Counted from the stretch's first letter, positions 1-9,693 are shown. The stretch is 64,000 nt of DNA from Candidatus Aenigmatarchaeota archaeon (GCA_023137195.1 JAGLPV010000010.1:15383-79382), one strand, 5' to 3'. Made by a program: numbers and translations. The notes: generated by a model not told the origin, from the letters alone.

Positions 1-82
1 CATAAGGGATGGATGCACGCAATTCCAAAAATGGAAGGAATGTCAGCATGACTATCTCCAGCATATTTTGTATTTGCACCAT
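1..82 (-). CDS. N-terminal part of a small multidrug export (COG2426-like) membrane protein, runs off the window edge
   Basis: Minus-strand ATG at 82 gives MVQIQNMLEIVMLTFLPFLELRASIPY; the PxxELRxxIP motif is typical of the family; GGTGA upstream. Confidence 0.6.
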   Translation of the reverse strand, partial: MVQIQNMLEIVMLTFLPFLELRASIPY

Positions 83-122
83 ACTGACCTATGTTTTATT
101 CACCTATATTTGTCTAAATACT

Positions 123-1403
123 TCACAAAGACACAATTGATATCTTAGATGAAGTTAAATTTGTCTTTTCCGTACATCCTATACAATTTATTGTGCTTTG
201 CTCTGCTGTCTTCAACAATTCAAGATCAAGTTCGCCGTCAATCACAATAGCAGTAGGATTTTCCAGTTTTGAAATTACATTTCCCAGTTCTTTTATAGGA
301 ACTCTTCCTGCAAATTTATTGTCCTCTTCAAAAATTGCAGCTGCTTTTGTGCCTATTATCTTATCTAATTGCTCTTTCAGAAATTTTTTTGTATTCTCAT
401 CTGCGCCCTGCCTTGAAACAGATCTTTTTTGTCTGACATCTCTGTTCGCAGGAGAATTTTCAGAAGAAGGTTTCTTTTTCATAAATCCAAAAAACGATTT
501 ACTTTCATTTTTTTCATTGGTCTTTACCGACCGGACAACTACCTTCTTGCTACCGCCATTATCATTACTTTTTCCGATATTCTTACTATTACTTTTGTAA
601 GACGACAAAGGAACTTTGTCCCTCAATGCCTTGAATATCTCCTTTTTCGTAAGTTCCTCTACTTCCTTTCCGACAGGAGCCTTTGTAATAAAGTCTATCT
701 CAGCAATCTGTTTTAATTCCTCTATAATTATATCTCCGCCACGATCCCCGTCAACAAAGACAGTAACTTCTTTTTTTCTGCTCAGTTCAGGTATTTCTTT
801 TGAAATAGATGTCCCTCCAACAGCAACAGCATTCTTTACGCCATGCCTAAGAAGAGTCAACACATCTGCCCGACCCTCGCAAAAAATTACTGAATCCCCT
901 GATTTCACATCAGGACCGGCAGGAAGACCATTATACTCTTCAATCTCCATTGTCCTTACAGATTCCATCAATTCATCGCTAAGACTTGAAGTCTCAGGAA
1001 TGTTTGACATAGTCTTTGACAACAGTATCTTTGCCCTCTCGAGTATTTGCTTCCTTTTTACATCTCTCAAATCCTCGACAGCCTCTATCTTTACATTTAC
1101 ATTACATGGACCTATCCTGTCAACCGTCTCCAATGACGCCGCAATCAATGCTGTCTCTGCAATATCAAGACTGGACGGCACCATAACCTTACCGGAAGAT
1201 TTCCCGTGCTGGGTATTTACTTCAACTTCAATCCTGCCTATTTTACCGCATTTTTGCAATTCCCTTAAATCAAGATCCTGCCCAAGCAGACTCTCTGTTT
1301 GTCCGAATAATGCCCCGATAACATCGTGCTTTTCGATGATTCCATTAACAGTGAAATGCCCTTTAACGACATATTTTGCTATAGTTTGTGCTAATTTAGC
1401 CAT
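123..1403 (-). CDS. dnaG: Archaeal DnaG-like primase / exosome-associated protein
   Basis: DVIGALFGQTE..LDLRELQK.GKIGRIEV N-terminus; TOPRIM motifs CEGRADV and FVDGDRGG. Confidence 0.95.
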   Translation of the reverse strand: MAKLAQTIAKYVVKGHFTVNGIIEKHDVIGALFGQTESLLGQDLDLRELQKCGKIGRIEVEVNTQHGKSSGKVMVPSSLDIAETALIAASLETVDRIGPCNVNVKIEAVEDLRDVKRKQILERAKILLSKTMSNIPETSSLSDELMESVRTMEIEEYNGLPAGPDVKSGDSVIFCEGRADVLTLLRHGVKNAVAVGGTSISKEIPELSRKKEVTVFVDGDRGGDIIIEELKQIAEIDFITKAPVGKEVEELTKKEIFKALRDKVPLSSYKSNSKNIGKSNDNGGSKKVVVRSVKTNEKNESKSFFGFMKKKPSSENSPANRDVRQKRSVSRQGADENTKKFLKEQLDKIIGTKAAAIFEEDNKFAGRVPIKELGNVISKLENPTAIVIDGELDLELLKTAEQSTINCIGCTEKTNLTSSKISIVSL

Positions 1404-1424
1404 ATTAATTACCTTTTTTATTTT

Positions 1425-1715
1425 TTATTTATTTATAGAAGAAACAGTTATACTATTCAATATGTCCTTTATATCCTTTGCATCCTTACCGGTTATTGCC
1501 ACTTGTTTATGTCTATTTGACAATCCCTTTGTTATTGCTATTTGAGTGTTAAATGTATTTTTGAGCACCTTCAATACGGCTTTATTTGCCTTATTTTTTT
1601 CCGGTGCCTCGTTTATGTGAATGTGCAATTTGTCATCAGTAAATATTATTTTTTGTGTATTTGACAAAGGATGAACATATATATCTAATTTAATTATTCC
1701 TTCCTTACTTATCAT
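1425..1715 (-). CDS. DUF167 (YggU/UPF0235) family protein
   Basis: V.P.S...APEKNKANKAV...I.KG.SNRHK pattern, 96 aa. Confidence 0.85.
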   Translation of the reverse strand: MISKEGIIKLDIYVHPLSNTQKIIFTDDKLHIHINEAPEKNKANKAVLKVLKNTFNTQIAITKGLSNRHKQVAITGKDAKDIKDILNSITVSSINK

Positions 1716-1772
1716 GCTTTATAAATGAGTAATCATTAAAAAACTATGCAATAAAGATATGTATACCACACT

Positions 1773-1845
1773 AGCCCTGTAGTCTAGTGGCCAAGGATAC
1801 AAGGCTCTGAACCTTGTGACGGAGGTTCGAATCCTCCCGGGGCTA
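1773..1845 (+). tRNA. tRNA-Gln(CTG)
   Basis: Acceptor AGCCCTG/CGGGGCT, anticodon arm CAAGG-CTCTGAA-CCTTG, T-loop GGTTCGAATCC; A1-U72; no encoded CCA. Confidence 0.97.
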
Positions 1846-1863
1846 TCTCCTAATTATTCCAAT

Positions 1864-3528
1864 ATGGCAAAAAAATATCTAATTACATCAGCACTGCCCT
1901 ACATCAACAATATCCCGCATCTTGGCAATTTTATCCCTCTTCTAAGATCAGACATACATGTCCGCATTAAAAAACTCCAGGGCAAAGATGTCCTCTACAT
2001 CTGCGCAACAGACGAGTCCGGAACCAGGACAGAAATAGAAGCAGAAAAAAAGCACATGACCGAAGAGCAATACTGCAAAATAATGCACAAAAAATTCAAA
2101 GAAATCCTGGACTGGTTCTCTATCGACCTGGACTATTTCGGAAGAACCAGCTCAAAATCAAATCATGAACTGACAAAAGAAATATTCATGGATCTAAACA
2201 AACAAGGCTACATCTGCGAAAAAGAAGTCACCCTTCTTTACTGCCCGGACTGCAAACGATACCTCCCCGACTCCTATGTAGAAGGCACATGCCCTCATTG
2301 CAAAACCCCTGGAGCAAAAGGAGACCAGTGCGACGCCTGCTCAAAATTCATAAACCCTGAAGAGCTTATAGAACCCAAATGCAAACTTTGCGGGCAAAAA
2401 CCAACAGTAAAAAAAGACAAGCACCTTTTCCTCGATTTGCCAAAATTCTCCAATAAATTAAAAAAATACATTGAAGAAAACAAAAATTTCCACGGAATTG
2501 AAAGAAACCTCCCTCTTGCATGGATAAAAGAAGGTCTGGAACCAAGATGCATCAGCAGAAACCTAAAATGGGGTGTAAAAATCCCAATCAAAGGCTATGA
2601 AGACAAAGTCTTTTACGTATGGTTCGACGCCCCAATAGGCTATATTGCCGCAACAAAAGATTACTGCGATAAAAACAATCTAAACTACAAAGATTACTGG
2701 CAAAACAAAGACACCCAAATAATCCATTTCATGGGAAAAGACAACGTCCCTTTCCACACAATAATCTGGCCATCGGAATTGATGAGCAACAAAAAATGGA
2801 ACCTACCCTCCCGCATATACTCAAACGAATTCCTAAATTATCTAAGCGGAAAATTCTCCAAATCAAACAACCGCGGCGTATTCTGCGATGATGTTCTAAA
2901 ACTCAAATACAACAGCGACACATGGCGCTTTTACCTCTCCTCTGTCCTCCCTGAAGGAAAAGACAGCGACTTTGAATGGCAGGAATTCATGGACAAAATA
3001 AACAACGAACTCATTGCAAATTACGCAAACTTCGCCTACAGGATAATCTCGATAGCAAAAAGATTCGGAGAGATTACTCCCTTAACTGAAGAAAAATTAA
3101 ATAAAAGCGAAAAAGACATATTAAAAAAAATAAAAGAAAATATCGCCAATTATCTAAATGAAAACACCCGTGGTAATCTAAAGGAAGCCCTCAGGAATGC
3201 ACTTAATGTAAGCTCTCTTGGAAACCAGTATTTCCAGGAAAACAAGCCATGGGAACTAATTAAAGACGACAACAAAAAAGAAGAGGCAAATCACGTACTC
3301 TGGTTCTCTTTTTCCATCCTGCTCAACGTAAGCCTTTTGCTTCATCCATTCATTCCAACCAAAACAAAGGAAATCATCAACCTTATTGCCCCTGGATTCA
3401 GCATAAACAACGCCCTAAAAGACAAAAAACCATCGATAATAAATAAAAATATTACAATAACCGAAGCAAAACCATTATTTGCAAAAATTGAAGAAGAGGA
3501 AATTAAAGAGTTGAAGAAGAAGTTTTAA
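1864..3528 (+). CDS. metG: Methionyl-tRNA synthetase
   Basis: ITSALPY..HLGN, Zn knuckles, YVWFDAPIGY, KFSKS. True start is ATG 1864; the ORF-track start lies inside the tRNA. Confidence 0.97.
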   Translation: MAKKYLITSALPYINNIPHLGNFIPLLRSDIHVRIKKLQGKDVLYICATDESGTRTEIEAEKKHMTEEQYCKIMHKKFKEILDWFSIDLDYFGRTSSKSNHELTKEIFMDLNKQGYICEKEVTLLYCPDCKRYLPDSYVEGTCPHCKTPGAKGDQCDACSKFINPEELIEPKCKLCGQKPTVKKDKHLFLDLPKFSNKLKKYIEENKNFHGIERNLPLAWIKEGLEPRCISRNLKWGVKIPIKGYEDKVFYVWFDAPIGYIAATKDYCDKNNLNYKDYWQNKDTQIIHFMGKDNVPFHTIIWPSELMSNKKWNLPSRIYSNEFLNYLSGKFSKSNNRGVFCDDVLKLKYNSDTWRFYLSSVLPEGKDSDFEWQEFMDKINNELIANYANFAYRIISIAKRFGEITPLTEEKLNKSEKDILKKIKENIANYLNENTRGNLKEALRNALNVSSLGNQYFQENKPWELIKDDNKKEEANHVLWFSFSILLNVSLLLHPFIPTKTKEIINLIAPGFSINNALKDKKPSIINKNITITEAKPLFAKIEEEEIKELKKKF

Positions 3529-3563
3529 TTTCTCTGTATAAAATCATCTGCCAAAAGCAGATT

Positions 3564-5231
3564 TTAATATATATCTCCTTTCCGAATAAGCGACAACAAC
3601 ATTATAAATCCCAACAACGCAGCCAGCATAAATCCTAAAATCCCGACCACAGGAAACCCAAACAACAATACCCCCTTATCAGACGTCATAATCAGGGCAG
3701 AAGCAACAATAATAGCAGAAATTATCAACGCAAAAGAAAGCCTGTTAGTAACTCTGTCCATCTCCCTTGCAATCACTTCCAGGTTCTTATGCTCTAAATT
3801 TACAGTCATCCCTTTCTTCCCGAAATTTTCAACAAAATTCCTTAAAGACTCAGGAAATTCATCAAGCATATACTCCATGTCAAAAAGAGCATTTTTCAGC
3901 CGGTCAGCCATTCTTTTAGGACTCACTTTTTTTCGTATTATATCCTTTACAAATGGCTTGCATTCCTCAACAGTATTAAACTCCTTGTCCAATCTCTCCC
4001 CGTTAGACTCCACTAGAACAAGTGCCCTTACAAAAAAATACAAATCCCGGGGTATATTCAGCCTATACTTAAAGAACAGGAAAAACAAATCCCGTATGAA
4101 TTTTCCCATCTTTAAATTCTTAAGAGCAACATTGTAGTAATAATCCTTCAAATCATATATATCATTTTTCAACCCTTCAACATCTGTATCTATTGTTATT
4201 ATGCGCATGTTTTTGAACTGCTTAATCATGCCTTCAATATCTCCGCTTATCATGAATATGAACAAATTAGAAATATCATTTAATACTGGCTGGCTGAATC
4301 GCCCGGTCATCCCAAAATCAAGCAACGCCAATTTGTTATTTGGAAGTATATACAGATTGCTTGGATGTGGATCTGCATTAAAAAAACCATGAATATACAC
4401 CTGCTTAAAAAAAGCATTTGCCTGCAACTTCGCTATTCTTCTTTTATTAACAGGAAACTTATATTTCCTATTATCTCCAAACAAATCCTTTAATTTTTCT
4501 CCCTCGATAAAATCCATTGTCAGTACATGCTCTGTTGTATGGCTCCATATGATTTCAGGAACAAAAATATCCTTGTCATTCAAAAAATTATACCTAAAAA
4601 TATCTGCATTTTTCCCCTCGACAATGTAATCCAATTCCTTATGAATATACCTGTCAAACTGCCCTATAACTGTTTTCAAATCCAGGTTTCTTGAAAAAGC
4701 ATGCTTTTCAACAACAGAAGACATATAATACATTATCCTCAAATCACTTTCCAGCTCTTTCTTTATGCCCGGCCTCTGTACTTTCACAATAACTTTTTTC
4801 TTATTTCTCAACACAGCACCATAAACCTGACCAATAGATGCTGAAGCAATAGGATTTTTGTCAAATGACAAAAACAATTTACTGATTGGCTTCTTTAATT
4901 CCCTTTCAATCTGCTTTTCTGCTAAATTATAACTAAACGGCGGAACACTATCCTGTAATTTTCCAAGCTCTTCTGCAATGTCCACCCCGACCAAATCCGC
5001 CCGGGTACTCATCATCTGACCCAATTTAATAAAAGAAACTCCCATCTCCTCGAACATTTTTCTTATCTTTTGTGGAGTAGAAAGAGCACTCAATGCCTCA
5101 TCTTTTTTAAGCATTGAAATAAACTTAACATTCTGGTTCTTATCCAAGATATAAGAATAGCCATATTTCACAAATATCTTGATTATCTGCCTAAATCTTT
5201 TTGCATCCTGTATTTTTTTTATTGTATACAT
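3564..5231 (-). CDS. ABC1/UbiB (AarF) atypical kinase with C-terminal TM helices
   Basis: FIKLGQ, ASASIGQV, VKVQRP, FNADPHPSN, LLDFGM. Confidence 0.93.
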   Translation of the reverse strand: MYTIKKIQDAKRFRQIIKIFVKYGYSYILDKNQNVKFISMLKKDEALSALSTPQKIRKMFEEMGVSFIKLGQMMSTRADLVGVDIAEELGKLQDSVPPFSYNLAEKQIERELKKPISKLFLSFDKNPIASASIGQVYGAVLRNKKKVIVKVQRPGIKKELESDLRIMYYMSSVVEKHAFSRNLDLKTVIGQFDRYIHKELDYIVEGKNADIFRYNFLNDKDIFVPEIIWSHTTEHVLTMDFIEGEKLKDLFGDNRKYKFPVNKRRIAKLQANAFFKQVYIHGFFNADPHPSNLYILPNNKLALLDFGMTGRFSQPVLNDISNLFIFMISGDIEGMIKQFKNMRIITIDTDVEGLKNDIYDLKDYYYNVALKNLKMGKFIRDLFFLFFKYRLNIPRDLYFFVRALVLVESNGERLDKEFNTVEECKPFVKDIIRKKVSPKRMADRLKNALFDMEYMLDEFPESLRNFVENFGKKGMTVNLEHKNLEVIAREMDRVTNRLSFALIISAIIVASALIMTSDKGVLLFGFPVVGILGFMLAALLGFIMLLSLIRKGDIY

Positions 5232-5321
5232 ACTATTGTCATGTAAATTAATTATATATTAAAGTATTTAAAAGAAACTATTTTTCCGATTGTATGTCTT
5301 TTAACCAAGGTTTATAACAAT

Positions 5322-5894
5322 TTACTGCTCTTCTTCAGCCAGCTCTTTCTTGATTTTTTCGCCCAGATCATCCTTGACTTCAGCCTCTGCACTCAACTCT
5401 CCCATCAACTCTTTCTTCAGGTTATCTTCCTCTTCCTTATCCTCTAAACCATGGCTCCCCAGCGCAGCATCCATTGTCAAAGCAAGATTCTCTGCCATCG
5501 CCTGTGTTTTTTCCGACGCCTTCTGTATATGAGAGACCGCTTTGTTTATTCTGGACGGGTCAATCCCGAGCTTTGCCTGAATCTGGGCAAAATCCTCAGT
5601 AACATCAACCATCTCTTTCATTCCTTTTTGCATCTGGATTGCATCATCCATCGCTGTTGCAGTATCGGTCAGCCCTTCAACATATTTCAACTGCTTTTGT
5701 GCCATAGTATATCTCTGGCTGACTCTCTTGAATCTCCTTTCATCTCCTTCCTTTAACGCCTGCTTTGCTTCTTCTTTATTTTTATTGACAATATTCCTTG
5801 TCTTGCTTTCTCTCTTCTGGATTTTTGCAGTAATTATTCTCAGGTTGACCTCCATCTCTTCGGGAGTTATTTTTTTTTTAAATAGATTAAACAT
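5322..5894 (-). CDS. Putative ESCRT-III (Snf7 superfamily; Vps2/24/46-like) protein
   Basis: About 190 aa, helical, basic N-half and acidic C-half; MFNLFKKK..P N-terminus; AKQALKEGD hairpin turn; C-terminal DDLGEKIKKEL resembling MIM1. Confidence 0.7.
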   Translation of the reverse strand: MFNLFKKKITPEEMEVNLRIITAKIQKRESKTRNIVNKNKEEAKQALKEGDERRFKRVSQRYTMAQKQLKYVEGLTDTATAMDDAIQMQKGMKEMVDVTEDFAQIQAKLGIDPSRINKAVSHIQKASEKTQAMAENLALTMDAALGSHGLEDKEEEDNLKKELMGELSAEAEVKDDLGEKIKKELAEEEQ

Positions 5895-5972
5895 TTTTAT
5901 CACTCACATAATTCTTATAATATTATTAAAAAGAAAATTATATATAATTTAGGTTAAAAAACGTCAATTAAA

Positions 5973-6479
5973 TCAGCACGCCTCCTGACCTGCTTCATTT
6001 ATACGACAAAATTTTGTTGCCTTTACTCCGGTTGATGGCTCATCCAATCTAACTGTAAACTCATGTCCATTAGTTGAAACCCATGCCTCTGTACCTGCTA
6101 TTGCCTCACAACTCTCTCCTGGAGCCAATCCAGTTCCTCCTACACAATCACCACCAGTGAAATAATTATCTAATGTATCTATGTATTTTCCATCATAATA
6201 AACTTCAATATCATCTATATCTTCGCTATTAAATGTATAACTTCCTGAATTTCTTACCAATATAGCTATAGTACCGCCACTATCTTCCCATGCTGCTGTT
6301 ATTGTTAAACCAGCAGTGGCTTTCTTCCTCATTTCCTCCTGCTGTTTAGAAATATCATCCTGCATATCTTCCTGCATCTTGGTCAACCACATAAATGCAA
6401 CTCCACCAACTGCAACTGTCATCATCAATAATAACACTACCGCAATAACGGGTGTCACTGCCTTTCTTTTTAATACCAT
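5973..6479 (-). CDS. Archaeal type IV pilin/archaellin-like protein
   Basis: Class III signal peptide KRKA|VTPVIAVVLLLMMTVAVGG. Confidence 0.9.
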   Translation of the reverse strand: MVLKRKAVTPVIAVVLLLMMTVAVGGVAFMWLTKMQEDMQDDISKQQEEMRKKATAGLTITAAWEDSGGTIAILVRNSGSYTFNSEDIDDIEVYYDGKYIDTLDNYFTGGDCVGGTGLAPGESCEAIAGTEAWVSTNGHEFTVRLDEPSTGVKATKFCRINEAGQEAC

Positions 6480-6648
6480 ATTAAATCACTTCTTTTATTT
6501 AAATCCTATTTTTTATATATTATATAAACCATAATTATATATAGTTTTCGGCTTACATGTTTTTTACCAAACTAAAACATAGGGCATAAACCAAAAACCA
6601 AACCACTACTAAACTTATATAAATATTAATAACAAATATATATTGTCT

Positions 6649-7824
6649 ATGGAAGAAAAGAAAAAAACTGAATCTTCAGATTCTGTAAATTTAAACAAAA
6701 GAATGAGTTCTCTTGAAGACATCAACCTGCTCGCAAAACTCGACATAATTCACCTACAGGACAACTACGAGACAATAGAAAACCGTGTCGGAGAACTGGA
6801 AGAACACCTGAAAGTATTTGAAGAAATGACTCTCTGCGCAACAACAGGACTAAAAAAAGACATAGATAAACAAAGCGCAACAGATATATCCACAAAAAAC
6901 ATAAATAAAATAGTAGACAATAAAACACTTCCTATTCCTGAAGACAACATGCCTGAAATCCAAAAGCAACTAAATGAAACAAAAAGGCAGATAGAATTAT
7001 TAAAAAAGACAAAAACAATTCAAAGCAGTACTGGCGAAAGCACAGAACTAAATGAACGCATAAACAAATGCGAAAAACTGCTGACATTCTTAAAGGAAAG
7101 AATAGACAAAATAAATTACATAAGCTCACAAATCAACATACAGACAAAAGAATTAGAGGAGTTAAAGACAGAAAACAACACTAAAACAAAAGAAATGTCG
7201 AACATATACGATCGGTTCACTAACCTAAAAACATTTGTCTTGGGAAATATAAAAAATAAAGGCTCTAAAGCAACCCAAAAGACCCCTGTAATCGCCATGG
7301 ATGAAAACAAGCTCAACTCAATTGAAAAAAAGATTGAAAAATTAACCAATCATATAGAAACACTGAAAAAAGAACAAAAAATAAAAAAAGAGCAGATTGT
7401 GCCTGTAAGAACCCCTATAAAAGAAACAGAACCTATTTCACCCCCGGATCCAGCTCCAATAATAGAAAAAGAAGAGTCAAAACCGCAAGCCCCAATAGAA
7501 GAAGAACCAACAATTCCTATTGTGCGTGAATTATCTCATTCAAAAACAAAAACCAACTACGATGCAAAAGAAATAGAAACAGATCTCCTTGCAGAATTTG
7601 AGAAAAAAGCAAAAAAAATCATGGGTGGACCTCAAACCAATAAAAAACAGATTAGTAAAAAAGAAAAAAACAATGATGACGAGGAAACAATAAATCTCGA
7701 AGATGATGAACTTCTAAATGAAATAGAAACATTTGAAAAAGAAATAAAACAAAAGAGAAAATCAATTAAAACAGAAAGTAAAAAAGCAAAAATAGATACA
7801 ACAAACCCTGCTATAGTAGAATAA
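6649..7824 (+). CDS. Hypothetical coiled-coil protein with Pro-rich linker
   Basis: Long K/E-rich ORF with heptad pattern; no recognisable catalytic motif. Confidence 0.7.
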   Translation: MEEKKKTESSDSVNLNKRMSSLEDINLLAKLDIIHLQDNYETIENRVGELEEHLKVFEEMTLCATTGLKKDIDKQSATDISTKNINKIVDNKTLPIPEDNMPEIQKQLNETKRQIELLKKTKTIQSSTGESTELNERINKCEKLLTFLKERIDKINYISSQINIQTKELEELKTENNTKTKEMSNIYDRFTNLKTFVLGNIKNKGSKATQKTPVIAMDENKLNSIEKKIEKLTNHIETLKKEQKIKKEQIVPVRTPIKETEPISPPDPAPIIEKEESKPQAPIEEEPTIPIVRELSHSKTKTNYDAKEIETDLLAEFEKKAKKIMGGPQTNKKQISKKEKNNDDEETINLEDDELLNEIETFEKEIKQKRKSIKTESKKAKIDTTNPAIVE

Positions 7825-7830
7825 ACTCTT

Positions 7831-8679
7831 TTACAAAGCACAGGCAAATATTCCTGCCAGCATAATGATTACTGCTAGTTTTTCAAGGCGCTGGCATTCC
7901 GGAGCATATTTAACCGGGTTAAAAAGCAGACGAATAATGCAGTAAAACAAGACCGTATCTGCAAAAAATATTGCCAAAACATATAGTTTCCCAAAATATT
8001 CCATTAATCCTAAGCTTATTATAATCGACGTGCCAAGTGTCAAAGCACCTAATGCACCTGCGTGCTTAGCACTGAATTGCGTCGCTATTGTCTTTTTCCT
8101 CTTGCTGTCCCCTGCAATATCTTCAATATCCTTTGTAATCTCCCTTCCAAGCATTGCAAAAAAGGAAAGCAAAAAAAGCTTTACAACCAGATCAAAACCA
8201 CTCATTAAAATAGTTCCGGCATATAAAAACACACTGCCGCACAAATAAGCAACAACAAAATTTCCAAGTATTGTTTTTTGCTTCAATTTTGAATAGATTG
8301 TCAAAATCACGATGTTTACCAGCGCAACAAAAAAAGCATAAACATTAACAAAAAAACTCAATACCAACCCGACAGAAAAAAGAGCAAAAGTAAAGTAAAG
8401 CGCCTGTTTTTTTGTGATTATCTTTGAAGGAATCGGACGCTTAGGCTTGTTAATTTTATCAATTTCTGCATCATAATAATCATTTACTGCATTGCCTCCC
8501 CCCGTAATCAAAAATACTGCCAATGCAGCCAAAAAGGTCTTGAAAAAAAAAGAAGTATAAATAATACCGCCAATTTTGGACATCAGCAAAACAACTATAA
8601 AAACACTAAAAAACGAAATAAAACAATTGCTTAATCTCAACAGAGATAAAAAACCCCTGATATTTTTAGATATCATCAT
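7831..8679 (-). CDS. UbiA prenyltransferase, probably digeranylgeranylglyceryl phosphate (DGGGP) synthase
   Basis: GNAVNDYYDAEIDKINKPKRPIPS and REITKDIEDIAGD motifs; multi-pass membrane protein. Confidence 0.9.
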   Translation of the reverse strand: MMISKNIRGFLSLLRLSNCFISFFSVFIVVLLMSKIGGIIYTSFFFKTFLAALAVFLITGGGNAVNDYYDAEIDKINKPKRPIPSKIITKKQALYFTFALFSVGLVLSFFVNVYAFFVALVNIVILTIYSKLKQKTILGNFVVAYLCGSVFLYAGTILMSGFDLVVKLFLLSFFAMLGREITKDIEDIAGDSKRKKTIATQFSAKHAGALGALTLGTSIIISLGLMEYFGKLYVLAIFFADTVLFYCIIRLLFNPVKYAPECQRLEKLAVIIMLAGIFACAL

Positions 8680-8688
8680 CTTTTTTAA

Positions 8689-8955
8689 TTATTTTCCGAT
8701 ATACTCTCTTTTTATCTTATCCCGAACGCATTTAGAACACATATTTCCACCATAAACCCGTGAAACTGTTTTCTTCGACTTCGAAAGTTTCTTTAATTCC
8801 GCAGGTCTGCGTGATACAACACCAGGAAGAACATTTTTGCAGACTGCACAAACAGCAGGATTAACTTTCCTCTTTTCAAAATGAAGAACTACCTTCCCCG
8901 AAGGAATTTTTTTCTTAATTCTCTTGTAAGTCCCTGAACGAAATCTTGGATCCAT
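8689..8955 (-). CDS. rpl34e: 50S ribosomal protein L34e
   Basis: PRFRS..P.G..V.H; C..C...L.GV; SRVYGGNMCSKC. Confidence 0.95.
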   Translation of the reverse strand: MDPRFRSGTYKRIKKKIPSGKVVLHFEKRKVNPAVCAVCKNVLPGVVSRRPAELKKLSKSKKTVSRVYGGNMCSKCVRDKIKREYIGK

Positions 8956-8956
8956 A

Positions 8957-9244
8957 TTATATCATCCCCATGTTTGATGCAATGTCAAATGCATTATAAT
9001 CTTCTTTAAGCTTTACAATTGCTTTTTTCTCGCCCTTGGTAGAAATCAGCGTATTTACTCTCTCCACTTTCACATCAAAAACTGACTCTATTGCTTTTTT
9101 GATATCCTCTTTATTTGCTGTTCTTTTGACTATAAAAGCAAGAGTATTGGTTAACTCGATATTTTTTGTCATTTTTTCTGTCATATAAGAACATTTCACT
9201 ATTCCTATCTGACTTATTTTTTCGCTTAATTTTTCCCCTTTCAT
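8957..9244 (-). CDS. rpl23: 50S ribosomal protein L23
   Basis: TEK..NTLAFIV...ANKEDIKKAIE..FDVKVERVNTL..GEKKAIVKL; start placed at ATG 9244. Confidence 0.93.
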   Translation of the reverse strand: MKGEKLSEKISQIGIVKCSYMTEKMTKNIELTNTLAFIVKRTANKEDIKKAIESVFDVKVERVNTLISTKGEKKAIVKLKEDYNAFDIASNMGMI

Positions 9245-9438
9245 AATCTCAAATAGAAGAATACAATAAAAAAGCTTATAAATGTTTGTCTCGCCATGAA
9301 TCTGGTAAACTATGGGTTTGGTGCCGGATTTGGGGTTTCTTTGGAAAATATAGGACTTTCTTTGTTTGATGTTTGGTTGTTTGGATTGTAAGGTAGAATG
9401 TCTTGGCAAAAATTAAATTTTGTAGTCTTATAAAATTT

Positions 9439-9600
9439 TTACGCTTACGCATATTTTCTGCAGTCTTACAAAATTTACGTGCAGAAAATAACCATGAAAA
9501 TCGCTGGGCTTACATAATTTACCGCGCTTTTCAAGGTGTTTTGGTGCTCACTGCGGAATTTGCTCTTATGGGGCAAATTCCTTTGTTCACTACCGAAACA
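9439..9600 (-). ncRNA. tRNA-trailing structured element, copy 1 (directly 3' of tRNA-Glu)
   Basis: Clearly similar to 54389-54561 and 58784-58951; stems UGUUUCGGU/ACCAAAACA, GGAAUUUGC/GCAAAUUCC, UAUUUUCUGCA/UGCAGAAAAUA; ends GCGUAAGCGUAA. The repeat is seen directly; RNA status is inferred. Confidence 0.7.
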
Positions 9601-9693
9601 TGCTCCCGCCGGGATTCGAACCCGAGTCCCTGGCTTTCTTTTAAAATATTTATTGAAAGGCCAGTATCCTTGGCCGGTCTAGACTACAGGAGC
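9601..9693 (-). tRNA. tRNA-Glu(TTC) with 18-nt intron at 37/38 (9636-9653)
   Basis: GCTCCTG/CGGGAGC acceptor; CTGGC-CTTTCA[ATAAATATTTTAAAAGAA]A-GCCAG; canonical BHB with CUUU/AAAG helix and CAA/AAA bulges. Confidence 0.96.

Noticed and set aside
193-1545. Long antisense ORFs (e.g. 616-1545, 10107-10577, 12824-13333, 39488-40009)
   Set aside because: Shadows of well-supported genes on the opposite strand, with S/F/I-rich composition and no motifs
1816-1863. N-terminal extensions of MetG (from 1816), aIF2-beta (from 56588) and L23 (from 9409)
   Set aside because: These starts fall in tRNA or intergenic DNA; downstream ATGs match family N-termini
6649-7824. SMC/Rad50 or a second ESCRT component
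   Set aside because: Coiled coil only; no Walker motifs, MIT domain or Snf7 pattern
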